64,000 bases of DNA, from the NCBI GenBank assembly GCA_012295275.1, contig CM022672.1, forward strand, positions 7,936,001 through 8,000,000, read 5' to 3'. Position numbers and translations under genes: made by a program. A model generated the notes under the pieces. The model saw nothing but the letters and a program-made list of their open reading frames with translations, was not told the DNA's origin and did no database searches. Positions 63,593-64,000 of the stretch are shown here, in pieces. The DNA is from Chrysomallon squamiferum (Eukaryota > Animalia > Mollusca). Numbering within the stretch: the first letter of the stretch is position 1; every line of letters begins with the position of its first letter.

Positions 63593-64000
63593 GTTTTTTT
63601 TTTTTTAACATTTAATAAATAAATAAACAAAGATAAAGACAATAAAATAAGGAATGTAAACAAAAAAAGGAAAAGAAAAGACTAGAAAAGAAGAAGGAAA
63701 AGGAAAACAGAAGAAAGAACACCCATGAAAATCAAAAAAAAAAAAAAAAAAAAACGATATATATATATATATAAGAAAGCCATTGTCCTTTTGTTAAAAG
63801 ATATTAAAAATGACATATCTCTTTACAGAGATAATTGAAATTTAAAAAAAAAGACAAAAACAAAGACAAGAACAAAAAAGAAAAACAAATTTTATTTACT
63901 GTTCAGCATACGATATCAACACATGCATGTTCAGATACATTCAATTATTTTACATTCAGAGAGGCACATCTATCTGTGTCTGAACATGTCTGTATATAAA

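Noticed and set aside
63829-63850. Possible exon 10 of the second prominin after ctttacag
   Set aside because: In-frame TAA after a few codons and no similarity to paralogue exon 10; the real exon is probably beyond the window.

Overview
AT-rich, microsatellite-dense, intron-rich animal genomic DNA, probably a mollusc/gastropod (an inference from composition and repeat style). Three spliced protein-coding genes lie on the + strand. (1) The 3' part of a Tks5/SH3PXD2A-like adaptor: end of the PX domain plus five SH3 domains, 424-13701. Its last exon carries two compensating 1-nt frameshifts and a 9-aa PxxP minisatellite. (2) A complete prominin (CD133-family) gene: 26 coding exons, 34943-52892, about 868 aa by my manual splicing. 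(3) The first 9 coding exons of a diverged tandem prominin paralogue, from 56922 to past the window end. Most of the provided six-frame ORFs are microsatellite artefacts. Non-coding features include a hAT-type MITE with a perfect 8-bp TSD, degraded tRNA-derived SINE-like copies, several microsatellite-capped inverted repeat pairs (one about 1.8 kb, bracketing prominin exons 1-5), tandem repeats that duplicate splice sites, and candidate microexons. I see no evidence of a wholly new multi-gene system; the most interesting signals concern RNA processing and repeat architecture.
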